From NCBI GenBank assembly GCA_976226885.1, contig OZ320316.1, positions 12,028,001 through 12,092,000 of the forward strand: DNA of 64,000 nt, read 5' to 3'. Shown in pieces: positions 1 through 13,973 of the stretch (its first letter is position 1; each line of letters begins with the position of its first letter). Under the pieces are notes generated by a model. That model saw only the letters and a list, made by a program, of their open reading frames with translations. It ran no database searches and was not told the DNA's origin. The position numbers were made by a program, and so were the translations under genes. The stretch comes from Iphione sp. A-MEVVRFRX5. Its lineage: Eukaryota.

Positions 1-310
1 CTCACTGTATAACCCCTCACAGTACAGAATACCTCATAGTGCAGTACTTCATTATATAAACTTCATAATACAGAATCCCTCATACTGTGACACCTCACTG
101 TATAACTCCTCACAGTACAGAATACCTCATAGTGTGGTACTTCATTGCATAAACTTCATAATACAGAATCCCTCATACTGTGGCATCTCACTGTATAACT
201 CCTCACAGTACAGAATACCTAATAGTGTGGTACTTCATTGCATAAACTTCATAATACAGAATCCCTTATACTGTGACACCTCACTGTATAACTCCTCACA
301 GTACAGAGGC
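1..310. repeat. 93-bp tandem repeat, ~3.3 copies
   Basis: CTCACTGTATAAC at 1, 94, 187 and 280. Confidence 0.9.
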
Positions 311-715
311 CCTTGTTATCTCAACCACATAGCAGCTGTCGTTCTAGTCCATATAAATGTAACATATTATAGTATACTGAGTCCCTTGTTATTCTGACCA
401 AATAGCGGCTGTCATTTTAGTCCACATACACATAACATATCATAGTATAAATGAGTCCATTGTTATCCCGACCACATAGTGGCTGTCATTCTAGCCCATA
501 GACACATAACCTATTATAGTATAAATGAGTCCCTTGTTATTCCGACCACATAGCTGCTGTCATTCTAGTCCGCATACACGTAATCTATTATAGTATAACT
601 GATTCCCTCGTTATCCCAACCACATAGCGACTGTCATTCTAGTCCACATACACGTAGTCTCTCGTTATCCAGACCACATAGTGGTTGTCATTCTAGTTCA
701 TATACACATATGTTG
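311..715. repeat. ~74-bp tandem repeat, ~5.5 copies
   Basis: CC(T)TGTTATC...ACCACATAG recurring every ~74 bp. Confidence 0.85.
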
Positions 716-3700
716 ATATGGACAACTAACAACTGAAGCAGGCATAGGAATGGGAAGTCTGAAGAGAAAGGCTTTACCTTAGGAGTGCCTCTGAGTGGTC
801 GGGGCAATAAAACCATCACCCATCTGTACTGATATGAAATTATCGACCGGTAATAAAAAAAGAATACAACACGTTGCTTCGTTAGACGTGCCACAGATAA
901 CCTGTGGACTTCATACTGATTTCATTTTCACATTCCTGCTTCTATCAAATGACCTGGTAAAGTTTGTTTTGATAAGGTTTCTTAACTTATCCAGAGCAAT
1001 CAAGGGGATCAAACTCTCGCCTCATGTGAGCGGGGACCCGTAGGTTTTCTGTCCGAGGATAAGATATATGTAATAGCTCCTCTCCTGGCGCCCGGTCCTG
1101 CTGGGGGAGGGGGAGGGCCTCCTGGTGCCGAGGTCGAATTTAACTGAACCAGGTCGTTAAAATGCACAAGTACCTCCACCACCCCCGGCAGCTCTCTCAG
1201 AACCACTTCAGCTCATAACCGACCACTTGAGAGGGTCTCGAGGCGCCATTTCATCCGGAAAACTTGCGGAAACAGAAATCTCCTCTTGGTCCGCAGTATT
1301 TAGCGTAAATCCGGCACCTGCTGTGTGTTTCTGGTAGGGGGGGAAAACACTTCTCTAAATGTACAGTATTTGAATATTTGGATTATTCTGGTCATGGAGG
1401 ACTTGGATGCGGACAGAGGGTCAAGGACAATGATATAAAATACATATTTACACTTATGGAAGTCAGGAATGACGGTAATGTAGGACTTGGACCTGGATGC
1501 AGGGACTAGGGGGAATGATATTAAAAAAAAAACCAAAATGCAGTGACATTAACGGAACATAAGAGCTCTGGACAGAGAGATAAGGAGAATAATAAACATT
1601 ATAATAAATATAATATTATTAACATTAAAGGACATGGACTCTGGTTTATACAGGACTTGGATCTAGACAGAGGGATAAGGAGAATAATAAATAGTATATA
1701 TTAACATTAAAGGACATCAAGAGTACTGGTTTAAACGACTTGGATCTAGATACAGTGATTAACAAGGTGAATAATAAATATTACATATTAACATCGAAAA
1801 AAATCCGGTGTTCTGGTTGGATAATAAATTCTTGAAATTGAATTGAAATTGGTTTATAGGACCTGGATCTTGATACAGCGATAAGAAGAATAATTTTTAA
1901 AAAATACTTAGGAACAATAAAGGACGTCAGAGAACCAAATCTCGGGGGGGGGGGAGACATCAAAACAAATTAATGCCTCTTTGATTACAAAGTGGCGACG
2001 GGCGCACTTAATTCTCATGTCGGACGGGCTTTCAATGCCTCTCGACGGCCCAAGTGGCAGATAAGCTGTCAATATTTTCGAGAAGGGTTTATGGGAGCGG
2101 TACGACCCAGTACACGACGGAACGCTGTGACGTCACGCGTGTCACGTGAGATGGCGTGCATTCGTCTCGAAAGGACATTATGTACACACTGTATGTTTTC
2201 TCATTTCGTAAACATTGGAAGTCCTTATATGGTCTTAGTTATTAAACATGACGGGGTCATGACCTTTCTTGCAGGACGTCCTGTCAGATCTTTCCACAAA
2301 GACCGACTTAAACTTAGTTTAAACTGAAAAGATTCAAATTAAGTTTGACTCGGAAGGACTTATCATCTTAAGGGGTGACAGTTCTTTAAATATTTACGAA
2401 AAAGCTTCTGAAGTACGCAATGCCCTTCATATGCCCTTGAAATAAAAATCCGTACATTTCTATGAGTACGTGTTCCCCACATCAAAGAAAACAACATCTT
2501 TAACAGAGCAGAGGATACAACATGAAAAAGAACGTGAGACAGTAACAAATGAAGATATCGTACTTACTAAAGAAACCGTAGTATTTTCCATTCTGCCCCG
2601 TGTTCGCATAGAGGAGCATGTTTAAATGTGAGCAACTGACAAGACTCTCACGTATCACACCATGAGAGTACATGCATGTATCCCACAGAGAATAGATGCC
2701 TTATCCTATGGTCCTTTTCAATGTAGTTTACCAATTATTGGGGCGGGGGCGGGGGGGGGGGCTTACCAATCATTGGGTGGGGGTTGTGGTGGGGGGTGGG
2801 GGGCTTGTATCAGATAAGGCCCTGAGCCACATTTATGAATTATTCCATTCCCGCCTGCTGTTCAATCAAGTGAAACTAATTCTTTCTGCTTGGGTGAACA
2901 GACTGAAAAAAACTACATAAAACCTCTGACAACTGTTTGTTTGCATGTTTTTCACTGCAAGTATCCGGATCTCCAAGTCCAAGAATGTGACTCTGACAGC
3001 TCAATGAAAAGCCCTCACAAATGATAAAAGTTGTCCTTCCTACTAATTTCACCCGTTGTTTCCTAGATGTATGCGATGAGTCAATAAGTCTTCCCAGTAA
3101 AAGAACAGGGCAAAAAAACTGGCATAATAAGAAGCCCTTGTCGGATGTTGAATCGTCGGATAAAGTGAATAAGAGGCATCGATCAGATCAGGTACAATAT
3201 GGTTCTTAGGTTGCATGGTTGATATACCTGGGTTACAGCATTTCAGTAAAGAGCAGAGAGCTTTATAATGTAGACTACTCAGAGTGTAAACTATCTGGAC
3301 TACTCAGAACTTACATTTTCATAGGAAACACCTTTCTGTAGGTAACCTTTACTGAAACTATATTTAACACTCCAAGTGGGACACATGAACCACAGGACAC
3401 ATCGACCACAGGACATATCAACCAAAGTGTTGAACCTTAAGGCCATTTCACATATATGGTTTTGGTTCTGTGGGTCCATAGCGAAGTATACCTAGAGATC
3501 CTCTCTATTATCGCCCGCCAAGCATTGTTAATCCTCAAACGAGCTGGGCCCCAAGCCTGGAATGTTTACCCAAGTCATTTAACAGTTCGCCAGTTATCCC
3601 ATGGAGGGCCTCTTCCACAATGAGGGGATTTTAATTGGCGAAGATCTACTTTATGAAGTTAAGCCGTGAAAAAAAACCCGCAAGAATGACGTGATTAAAA

Positions 3701-4269
3701 TACCACAGTCCAATACCCTTTTAAATGGCTTTTTGTTTGGATTGCCCTTAATTTTTGGCGAGGCCAGCACACATGTATACAACATGTAACTGTACATGTA
3801 ATTAACTGATAATGAATTGTCGCAAGCCAACCACTGAAGAGCTGCTGCAATATATGATACGGTTAATTCAATAACACAAGGACATGCCAAGAAAATACTA
3901 CCGATCCTTCCTGCCTCAAAACATGTTTGTGTGTGTACGCATGTGTGTGTACATATTATATGTCCTGACTATACTCAGCTGCATCTAGGTCTAGGTCCAT
4001 GGCCTTAGTATGCCCCCTGTGTGTATGTTTGTGTATGTATACATGTACATGTATGTATGAATGTATGTATGTATGTATGTATGTTTACAGGTATGAATTT
4101 GTATGCAGGCCCTGAATATGTGACTGTTTGTGTCTGTGTGTACATGCAAATCCCGAATAAACGTATCTGTGTCTGTGTGTGCATGCCTTTGGTGTCACCG
4201 TGTGTGTGTGCGTGTGTGTCTGTCTGGCCAGGGCATGTGGTACTCAGGTTTCTGTCTGTACCTTTAAGC

Positions 4270-4480
4270 ACGGACAGGTCTGCGCATGCGTGTGACAACA
4301 CTTAATTGGAGCAGGGCGACCGCCGGGTGCGACCACCATGTACTCCATTGATCTATCCGTATTGTTTAGCACGTTAATAATTCACGGCCCCTTATACAAA
4401 TACGTTCTTGGTTCCCTTCCAAGACCCAACGCTCACGCATGCGCAGAAAGCACGTCCGGCCTTTTAAGACGGGCGCCCTG
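4270..4480. promoter_or_regulatory. CpG-rich putative promoter with two inverted NRF1/EWG-type motifs
   Basis: TCTGCGCATGCGTG at 4279-4292 and its exact reverse complement at 4434-4447. Confidence 0.35.
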
Positions 4481-5499
4481 ATCAAGCATGGACACCACCA
4501 CAAGTTGCTGAACGATTTTTTCACCCCTCCCACATCCTCTAACAGCTATGCAATTGCCTCTGGCAAAAAATCAGCATTCGCAGTTACTAATAATACACAG
4601 ACTAATACATGTTCGCTTAGTTCATACAGGATATGGTATTGTCTATTGCGCATATTTGTAAAAAGGTTACAGAAGCCTACGTATGATTTATTCGAAGATC
4701 TCAGCCGACAATATAGTCATCCAACCTGCTAGTAAACAGCAATGTTTCAGAACAGAATAATTTCAACGCTTAAAATATTCACCAAACCGAAAATTTCAAA
4801 GTACATGTATACATACATGCACATTTCACACTCACATAATAACATGGAATTTTTATATAGGTATAATTGCTCACTCACCCACGGATGCCTTGGTATTTGC
4901 AAAGCGTTTCCTCAAACTTCTCTTGTAGTTCCTGCAAAACAGAGAGAATTAATGAGATATTTATCACTTGATACACGTATTTATCTATAGGCAGATCTCA
5001 GTGTTCACTGGAACGCCGACTATGCAAAGGATGCACGCACAAAACGGGGACTGTTTTATATTCCCCAGCTGGTAAACCGAAATAATATATATACACGTTC
5101 AACTGAGATTTCACTGGCAGGTTACAAGAACATTTCAATCATGTTTATTTTGCATTGGATTTTTTGACTATGTCCTGAAACAATGCGTTTAATGCGTTTT
5201 TTAAATGAGTAGAAAGCCTGTTGTAACAACAGGCAAAAACATATACATCACTGTGACAGGGTGATTGACACTTCAACGAAGGATCAATTATAATCAAGTA
5301 CCTGTTTGTAACAGTACCCAGGTAAGCAGACATGTAAACAGTCAACACGTCAGCCATGGCAAGCAAGCAAGCAAACAACGTATATATACCATAACGATCA
5401 CCTCTCTGCTTTATATGCGTATTCCAGTCCATGTACATTGTATACATGTACTCGAGAATTCAATGTTATGCATTGCTAGGGGACTTTCCCCATGCACAC

Positions 5500-6050
5500 A
5501 CACACACACCTGCCAAGCCAATCATTCCATGACCATCTCACACCATGACCAAGTTCCTCTCGTGATGAAATCATATTAAGACCAATTACCATCATGACCA
5601 ATTCAAATCATTACCAACTTATTGTACCATGATTAAGACACATTAGGACCAAATCACACCATGACTAACTCATACCATTACTGACTTGAGGTCACATCAA
5701 CACACACCATTACTCACACCATGACAAACTCACACCATGACCAACTCATGCCATGACCAACACACACCATAACAAGGTTTTTACCATGATGAAGTCACAT
5801 TAGGACTAACTCACACAATAACCAACTTCATACCAATATCACTGACTTGTACTATGACGAAGCCACATCAACACACACCATGACCAACTCATACCATGAC
5901 CAAGTTGTACCACGATAGAGTGACATTAAGACCAACTCACACCATGACCAAGTCATGCCATTACCAAATTTTGATATAATAAGGGCACATCAACTCATAC
6001 AATGAGTATTGAGATAGCTAGGTTAAAAGATGACCATACCATGAACTGAT
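5500..6050. repeat. Degenerate ~19-bp minisatellite (ACACCATGACCAACTC)
   Basis: Many recurrences of CCATGACCAA. Confidence 0.85.
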
Positions 6051-6470
6051 TATTGCATGAAGCGACACTGATAAGAATTGGTTATGGCATCAATTAGCCT
6101 GATTCCACCTGATCGTCTTCCTTGATTCCCAATTTTATTTCCAATACGCGAATTTTTGGTTCTTTAAGATCAATGAATTCTGAATGAATCAGTTTTTATT
6201 AGAGTCACTGTAAAAATGTTCATACGATTGAATTAAATTGAGACGAGTCCAGAATAAAGGTGATTATCTTTAGGTGGAGTTGTGGTCAATGTGTACGTTG
6301 GTGTGTGTGTGTGTTAGGGAGAGAGAGGGGGAGTGAGACAGAGAGAAGAGCCAGAGAAAAAGAAATAAAGAGAGAGTGACAGGGAGACAGAACGGGACGG
6401 GCAGACGCCGTACCAACAGACAGAAAGCAAAGGACAAAGCCCTAGATGATTTCAGTAGGAGAAAGCAGGG

Positions 6471-6632
6471 NNNNNNNNNNNNNNNNNNNNNNNNNNNNNN
6501 NNNNNNNNNNNNNNNNNNNNNNNNNNNNNNNNNNNNNNNNNNNNNNNNNNNNNNNNNNNNNNNNNNNNNNNNNNNNNNNNNNNNNNNNNNNNNNNNNNNN
6601 NNNNNNNNNNNNNNNNNNNNNNNNNNNNNNNN
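6471..6632. other. Assembly gap (162 N)
   Basis: Run of N flanked by (GA)/(GACA)-rich sequence. Confidence 1.
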
Positions 6633-7501
6633 AGAAAACTACAGAGAAAGACAAAACACATTCTGTCTAGGAAACAGTGTCAACAGTACGCTGGTGCTCA
6701 GAGTGAGGCACTGCTTCGGGAAGGAAAAGGCGGGACAGAGACAGATAAACTGACGAACAGACCGAACGACAGACAGACAAATGGAGAGATGAGAAAAAAG
6801 CAAGGACATGACTTCAGTGGAGACCCAGTTAAATACCACATCACAGGGGAGACCATACTGGGACAGAGACACATATTTCTCCCACCAATTGATTCATTTC
6901 ACTCTCTATAAAGTACTTGTCTAAAGAGACTAAACCGTGGGAGAGATCAGAAGTGGCCAATACTAAACGTTTTTTCCATGCTTGTCTCAACTGTTTAAGG
7001 TCTCCTGAATGTTGTTCAGGCAAGCAGAACTATATAATAATTTGCTTTGCTTGGATGAGCTATCTACAACATAATTCTAGACTCTCCCTTACTGGTATTT
7101 GATATTTCTAGTATTTTGTGCAACTAAAATCACTTGAAATTATACCAAAATGAGCCAGTTCCAAGGGTCCTTATAGTAGAACATCATAATTAAGAAATAG
7201 TTTCATTTGAGTTCATTCATAGTGTAGGGATGGGACAGACCCACAAGATCATGATGATGAGTTAGATGGTCAGACAGTAGCAATCCTGAAATGAACAAGT
7301 GTGTGGATCTGCATTTTTCCCCATTCATTGCCAGCTGCAACAACATGGAAAGTGTTTTCTTTTTGGATGGAACTTGTCACAATCAAAGAAACATGGGAGT
7401 TCATCTGTTTCAGTAGAAAACGGAAGTGAAATATGCACATATGGGAATTAATGCTGTCTCCTGATCTGGATTCCCTTGAGAATTTAAACTTCTGCATGTC
7501 T

Positions 7502-7840
7502 TAACATCCTGAAGGGGCTGGTGGAGAGACTGGGGGCATCAACGGCAACCTCTCTGATGTACCTCAAACCTGGATTAACAGGTGAAGGAGTGGTTGGGAG
7601 AGACCAGGGGCATTAACGGCGACCTCTCTGATATCTGTAACATCCTGAAGGGGCTGGTGGAGAGACTGGGGGCATCAACGGCAACCTCTCTGATGTACCT
7701 CAAACCTGGATTAACAGGTGAAGGAGTGGTTGGGAGAGACCAGGGGCATTAACGGCGACCTCTCTGATATCTGTAACATCCTGAAGGGGCTGGTGGAGAG
7801 ACTGGGGGCATCAACGGCAACCTCTCTGATGTACCTCACA
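7502..7840. repeat. 136-bp tandem repeat (two related ~68-bp halves), ~2.5 copies
   Basis: TAACATCCTGAAGGGG at 7502, 7638 and 7774. Confidence 0.9.
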
Positions 7841-8711
7841 CTTGAAAATCACCACTATTTTAACTTTTACTCATCAAATTCAGCACTTTTCTGACTTTTC
7901 ACGGAGACGTGAATAAAAGTTCTTATATTCTTGTATTCTTGAAAGTTAATAGAGAGAAAAAGAGAAAGGCACATTGTTTCCAGCCAAGACCCCCTACTCA
8001 ATCAATTTTGGACCAAACTTGCTCTTATGACCATTTGAGCTCGGACCTGACCAGTGGTCGGTAATACAGACTCCACTGTATATGCATAGTCTAAATTTCA
8101 TCGGTGTTATCTGCTGTAGATTTAATTTCTATATCATCACTAACAAACTATACGATAATCAGTAGAGAGCCAGTACGGCAGGGCTCTGACTGTGCCAACC
8201 AAGATCTTCCTGGAGCAAAATGAAACTTGTCGCATTATAAGAACCTTACTATTCCAATACCTCACTTGTGCAAGCAAAATGATTCGTCACTAAGGGATGC
8301 TGTAATAGCAAGGTTCTACTGTAGTTAATAGAATCACGGAGACCTAGCTTTTCCAGGGAAGGTCACATTTAGTCCGCTAACCAGGTTAAACAGAAGATGG
8401 GGAAATTATCGGAGGTTTTACGGTGCCAATAAAAGAGGATTATTTTCTTTCTCATTCCTAACATTTACCGTGTGTCTTATACAACTCTCCTGCATATCAA
8501 CCATCATTCCATGACTTCGCACATACATTCCACACATAATATGTACAATTTTATAAAGCTTTTCATGTAGCACGTATATATTTGTATTTCACAGATAAAT
8601 TACACACATAATATGTATATACTTCTATAGAGCTTTCTAATTGGCACATATATTCGTGTTTTCCAGACAGAAACCCGAACTAGACAGAGAAGGCACCAGC
8701 AAGACGGGCGT

Positions 8712-9148
8712 CTAAAGACGTTGACCTACCTCAAAGGTCAGATCGGAGATGACGAGGTTGGCCGTGTGGGGGCGCTTCAGTCGGGCGCCTTCTGCCGGCG
8801 TCATGGGCAACGCTTGAGGAGTGGACGCCGCGGTGGAGCGACGTCGGCGGCTCTTGCGCCACCACCAGTCGACGTCACTGACGTCATCGTCCGTCCGACC
8901 GGTAGTGACGTCACGAGTGACGTCACCCTTGTCGGGCGCCAGATCGACGACCGGCACCGTCATCTCGCTCTCCACGTCGCTCCACGCGCTCGGCGACCGC
9001 GCGCGAGCGGCGTCGCCGGCGTCGGCGGCGGCGTCGCCGAGGACGCTGGAGGGAGCGTCCGTCAGTACACTCTCCACCCCAGGCTCCTGGTCGGCGGTGC
9101 GCGCCAACCATGACTGGACGTCGTGATGCGTGACGGATGGACGTAAGA
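8712..9148 (-). CDS. Terminal coding exon E28
   Basis: ctgttgctag| phase 1; LRPSVTHHDVQSWLARTAD...FEVGQRL, TAG at 8712-8714; CpG-rich. Confidence 0.8.
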
Positions 9149-10187
9149 CTAGCAACAGGAGACACAAAACACACCAAAAATCATTATATTATTTATTGAA
9201 TTATTTACAAATTATTCACAATTATTTATCACATCAGGACTTTTCTCTGCAAGTTTAACTGTGCGGTGGAACTTCAGAATGGAGGATATACCCACATAGC
9301 GGGTGTCATGGCTCTTGGATGATACAATGTATGTATAGCCAAATACATGTACAGAACTGACCCTGTCTAAAGGGTTGTCCTACTTTCGTCAAGTATAGAT
9401 TGATCACATCTGCATTTTTTCCATACAATATCTCCTTCACTCTCCCACTGTTGATAAGGTGAGATGCATGATTTTAAAAGATTTTAGAACGGAAACTATG
9501 AAAAGACTAGTTTTGAGTATGAGGTCGGCAGGTGAATATGACCTGGGGATATTATCAAGCAGTATCTCTTCGATAACACTGACATGAAAAATTGTACGCA
9601 GCAATCAACAGCAATCTGTGTACGTTTGTAGGTATAGACAATATTTCACCAGCCAGCAGTTGCCTTCGAAATGAATTTTGAACACGAAGGCATACCCTTA
9701 TTGTGAAAACTAGCATTAATTGTGTAGGTGATTCAAATATTGTCAGACTTTCTGTGCGTTTCTCGAGTGCTGACTGTTACGTGTAGTTTCTTGGCCAGCA
9801 CATGATAAGTGATATAATGGTGCTGCACTCTTGTGTTCTCTCTCTCTTCTGATTTATTTAATATGCTTCATCTCAACTGCTTTTATGAAAACATATATTA
9901 ATTGTGTAGGTGATTCGAATATTGTCAGACTTTCTGTGCGTTTCTCGAGTGCTGACTGTTACGTGTAGTTTCTTGGCCAGCACATGATACAGTGATATAA
10001 TGGTGCTGCACTCTTGTGTTCTCTCTCTCTTCTGATTTATTTAATATGCTTCATCTCAACTGCTATTATGAAAACATATATTAATTGTGTTGGTCATTCG
10101 AATATTGTCAGGCATTCTGTGCGTTTTTCGAGTGCTCACTGTACATGCAGTTTCGTGGCCAGCCCGCGACACAGTGATATAATGGTG

Positions 10188-10262
<75 letters not shown>

Positions 10263-13200
10263 TAATTTATTTAATACGCTTTGTCTCAACCGTATCACAA
10301 GAACCATCAATTTTGTTAAGGCACAAGATCAACCATGACAGAACTACAATAATCACTCATAAAACACAACTGCCATAACTTCTACTTCAGACGCTTATCA
10401 ATCAAAGACCAAAAAAACAGTTAATAAAACAAAACCACATTTCAAGGGGAAAAAGAACACCACAATCGATTTCTTATCAATAACAAACGATTACAGTTAA
10501 ATGAAACGATCGGTCCTGGAATATTCAAACTGGCAGTCGTCGGTTCGTGTCCTCACCGCTGGAGGGCGTCCCTGTTCTCCTAAAGGACTTACGAAATATG
10601 ATTAGTGGATGTTTTTTCTGGTTTAAAAAGACGCAGACAAAAACTCCAAAGGAATAACATCACAAGAATGATAACATGCCATGATTAGCTGAAAGAAAAA
10701 AATAAACCACTCATAACAAAGAAAAACTTAAGTATGAAGATAAAGTGCTGTTGTTGAGGAGTGGGATGTGGTGACTGGGGCAACTACGGCATTTATAAAC
10801 ATGAGTGGTAGGAGGCGATCTTAGCGTTTGTCGATGTCATCGTGGACTGTGAAAGATTCAAGTAACAAAAACTATTATATTTTAAAAAAATAGGCCACTT
10901 CAATTCTTCCTTGTCGACATGAATTTAAGAGCCTCCGTTTGGTCGCGTGATATAAGTAATTCTTGGCGATTAGATCAATTCCGAAGTTACGCATATGTGT
11001 GTTTTTTTATTCTTTGTACGAGGAAATGATGAAGCATGTTTTCCCCCTTTTTATACGTTATACAGGACCTATCCACGTTGCCTATCCATGAGAATAAATA
11101 CATTCACTTAAATCTTTCAGTTAGATATATTTCATCTCCACGAATCAATTAGCGAGGAAAGCCTTCCATTACACATGTCCACATTCCACTCCACAAATAT
11201 TAAAGTAAATTAGAAAAACAAACAAACTGCACATTCATGGGCTGGAGGGGGGTGATGTTCTTTTTTTACCCATGGGGTTCGGGGAGGAGGGGGGTGAGAA
11301 GGTGACCGCTTTGATCCTCCTGGCAGCCGCCGCCGCCGCCGGCTCGGACAGGTTGGTGTGTGGCGGTCGGCTGAGGAGAGACATGGATGTCTGTGGTCGG
11401 CTGGAGACGGTGCTGAGCCGGGAGGTCGGGGAGAGAGGCGGCGTGATGACCGACGGCAGCTCGCTCAGCTCCGTCACCGACGACGACGACGCCGCGGCGG
11501 TCGGGGAACCCGGACGCGGCGGGCGGTAGTCGGGAGGGGCAGGGTCCCAGGAGACCCGGCTGTCCATGGAGAGGTGGGGGTCGGCCGTGGTGAGGGGTAG
11601 GGGGAGGGTGAGCTCGGTGGTGGTTCCTCCAGGGTGACCTGTCTCGAAGGTAAGCCATGACGGGAAGGTCAATAGGTGCGTGGTGTCTTTATATTCGAGA
11701 GGAGCTGGAGGAGGAGGAGGAGGAGGAGGAGGAGGAGGAGGAGGAGGAGGAGGAGGAGGAGCAGGAAGAAGAGGAGGAAGAGAGGGAGGGAGGAGCAGGA
11801 AGGAGGAGGAGCAAGCAGCAGGAGCAGGAGGAGGAAGAAGGAGGAGGAGGAGGAGGAGGCGGAGGAGGAGGAGGAGAAGGAGAAGGAGGAGGGAGAAGTA
11901 AGAGGAACAGGAGGAGGAAGGAAGGAGGCGGTGGAACATGAGGGAGAGAGGGAGGTGGAACATGAGGTAGAGAAGGAGGAGGAGGAAGAGGGGAGGATAG
12001 AGTGGACGAGGGGAGGAGGGAAAAGAGATAAGGAAGGAGGGGCAGGAGGAGCCAGAAGAGGGAGAAGCAAAAGCAGTGGGAGAAACAGGAACATAAGGAA
12101 AAGAGAACTTGAGAAGAATGTGATGATTCTCAACGTTAATCGTATAGGAAGCAAAATGAAGCAGGCCAGGTAAAGGCAGAGTCATGAAACTCTATAGACA
12201 CTGGCCTAAGATGACCATATGTGTAAATGGTCAAGCAGAAAAATCTGAGTATATGCACAAAAAGAGCATGCATAGACACATGCACGCTAATGAACCATTG
12301 CTAAAAAGTAATTCCTTGAAATAAACTACACTATATCACTGACACCTGCAAACATTTCATTATAATGAGTAGATCCAGTCAGATGCCACGTTATGGACAC
12401 CCCTTGGTTCTTCACAAATTGTCCCTTATTCTGGTTTTGTCTGCATTGTGGCATTGTGGCAACTTAAGCTTGTTGCTGCAGTAGTGGTTCTTAAATTCCT
12501 AAAAATAAGTGATGTTTGGAATCAGGCACTATGAACTGCCATTGAATATGAATATTTTGGTTTATTTATCCAATAAAGCCTCATTTCTTTGACCTACATG
12601 TGATTATGTGAATAAGTAAAAATAAGAGGAATACTTCAGTAACCCTGGGAAATATGTACTTAACAAGTGAAATGTGATTCAGACTTTGTACACTTCATAC
12701 ACTAGGAGGTACCTGATGTAGTTATATTGTAAAATTGAGAACTTCTGTTTGATGCCAGAACAGTGTAATTACTTAATTCTTCAACTCTATATAAACCGGA
12801 GATTCGGCTATCTTCTTCTTCAAGGATAATGTGGTGAAGTCAGTTCAGAGCTTGGTATAAATCTGATTTTTTTCTCAAACCTTCCAGTATTTAAACCAAA
12901 TGACCAGAACGTTAGGTCATCACCCTGGTTACATCTCTAGGCCTGGTAAAATTCCTCTTGTGGGTTTTCAATGGGTACACTCAGTGTATCCCTATGATTT
13001 CCAACAACTTTACAACGCCAGGAAATCCTGAACCAACCCTTAATGTCTTTTCATCATCAATCCCTACTACCGACCTTCCTTCCCAAGAAGACATGGTACT
13101 AACCCCTTTCTAAATCAACTCCCTTCCTGGAAGAGGTTGGGTGAGGTAAACTGGTCGGGCGAGGTAAACTGAATGCCACCCAGATCTTCCCCCACAAGGA

Positions 13201-13888
13201 TGTAGAGTTTTAACTGCTTCCTTTAATAAGTTGACTTTACAATATGACAAAGCAGGCCACAGATCAAAGCAAGACAGGGATGTTCTCAAAATGGACGACG
13301 GCAAATAGCGGGAAAGACCAGTAATCAGTCGGAGGGTGCGAAGGAATAGGCAGGAAGCCACTAGTGTATGAAACATACTAAAACTTTAGGTCATAGTTCA
13401 CTTGGTAGGTACATAACATCTTTTACTGTACATAGTTGACACTTAATACACTAGGTGTCCCCTTGAGGACTTGAAGGTAATTTGCCCTTGTGGAGTATTT
13501 TTGTCTCGTCTGGCAGACAACTCACCTTCAGGGGCCGTTTCTTCTTGCTGCATGTCAGTAGAGGCATCAGAAGCATCCTGACAAGGAGATCAAGGTATAC
13601 ATTAAAGAGTCCGTCAGTGTTGTGACTTTGTTACACTACCTATATAAAATGTTGCCCAAAAGTAGTCCGGCCATGGGAAGATCTTGCCAAGATGTGCCAG
13701 TTACGAGATATAGTATCACTATGCCGGTGTGTGTACATTCAAGCATAACCAAGGGTTGTAAAATGCTATCCTGCACCTCAAACAAAGTAAGGTGACACCT
13801 TCTTCAAAGGATTCTCTGGTCCAAAGTCAAACTGCCATGCATGCATACATGCAGAAACCCTCCCACCATGCCATTGGGGCTCTCTTTC

Positions 13889-13973
<85 letters not shown>

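Noticed and set aside
6376-6753. ORFs spanning poly-X
   Set aside because: Artefacts of the 162-N assembly gap.
11657-12185. Long ORFs (poly-R, poly-E, poly-G, poly-L) over the GGA tract
   Set aside because: These arise from low-complexity sequence lacking stops; only the part from 11704 downward fits the splice chain.
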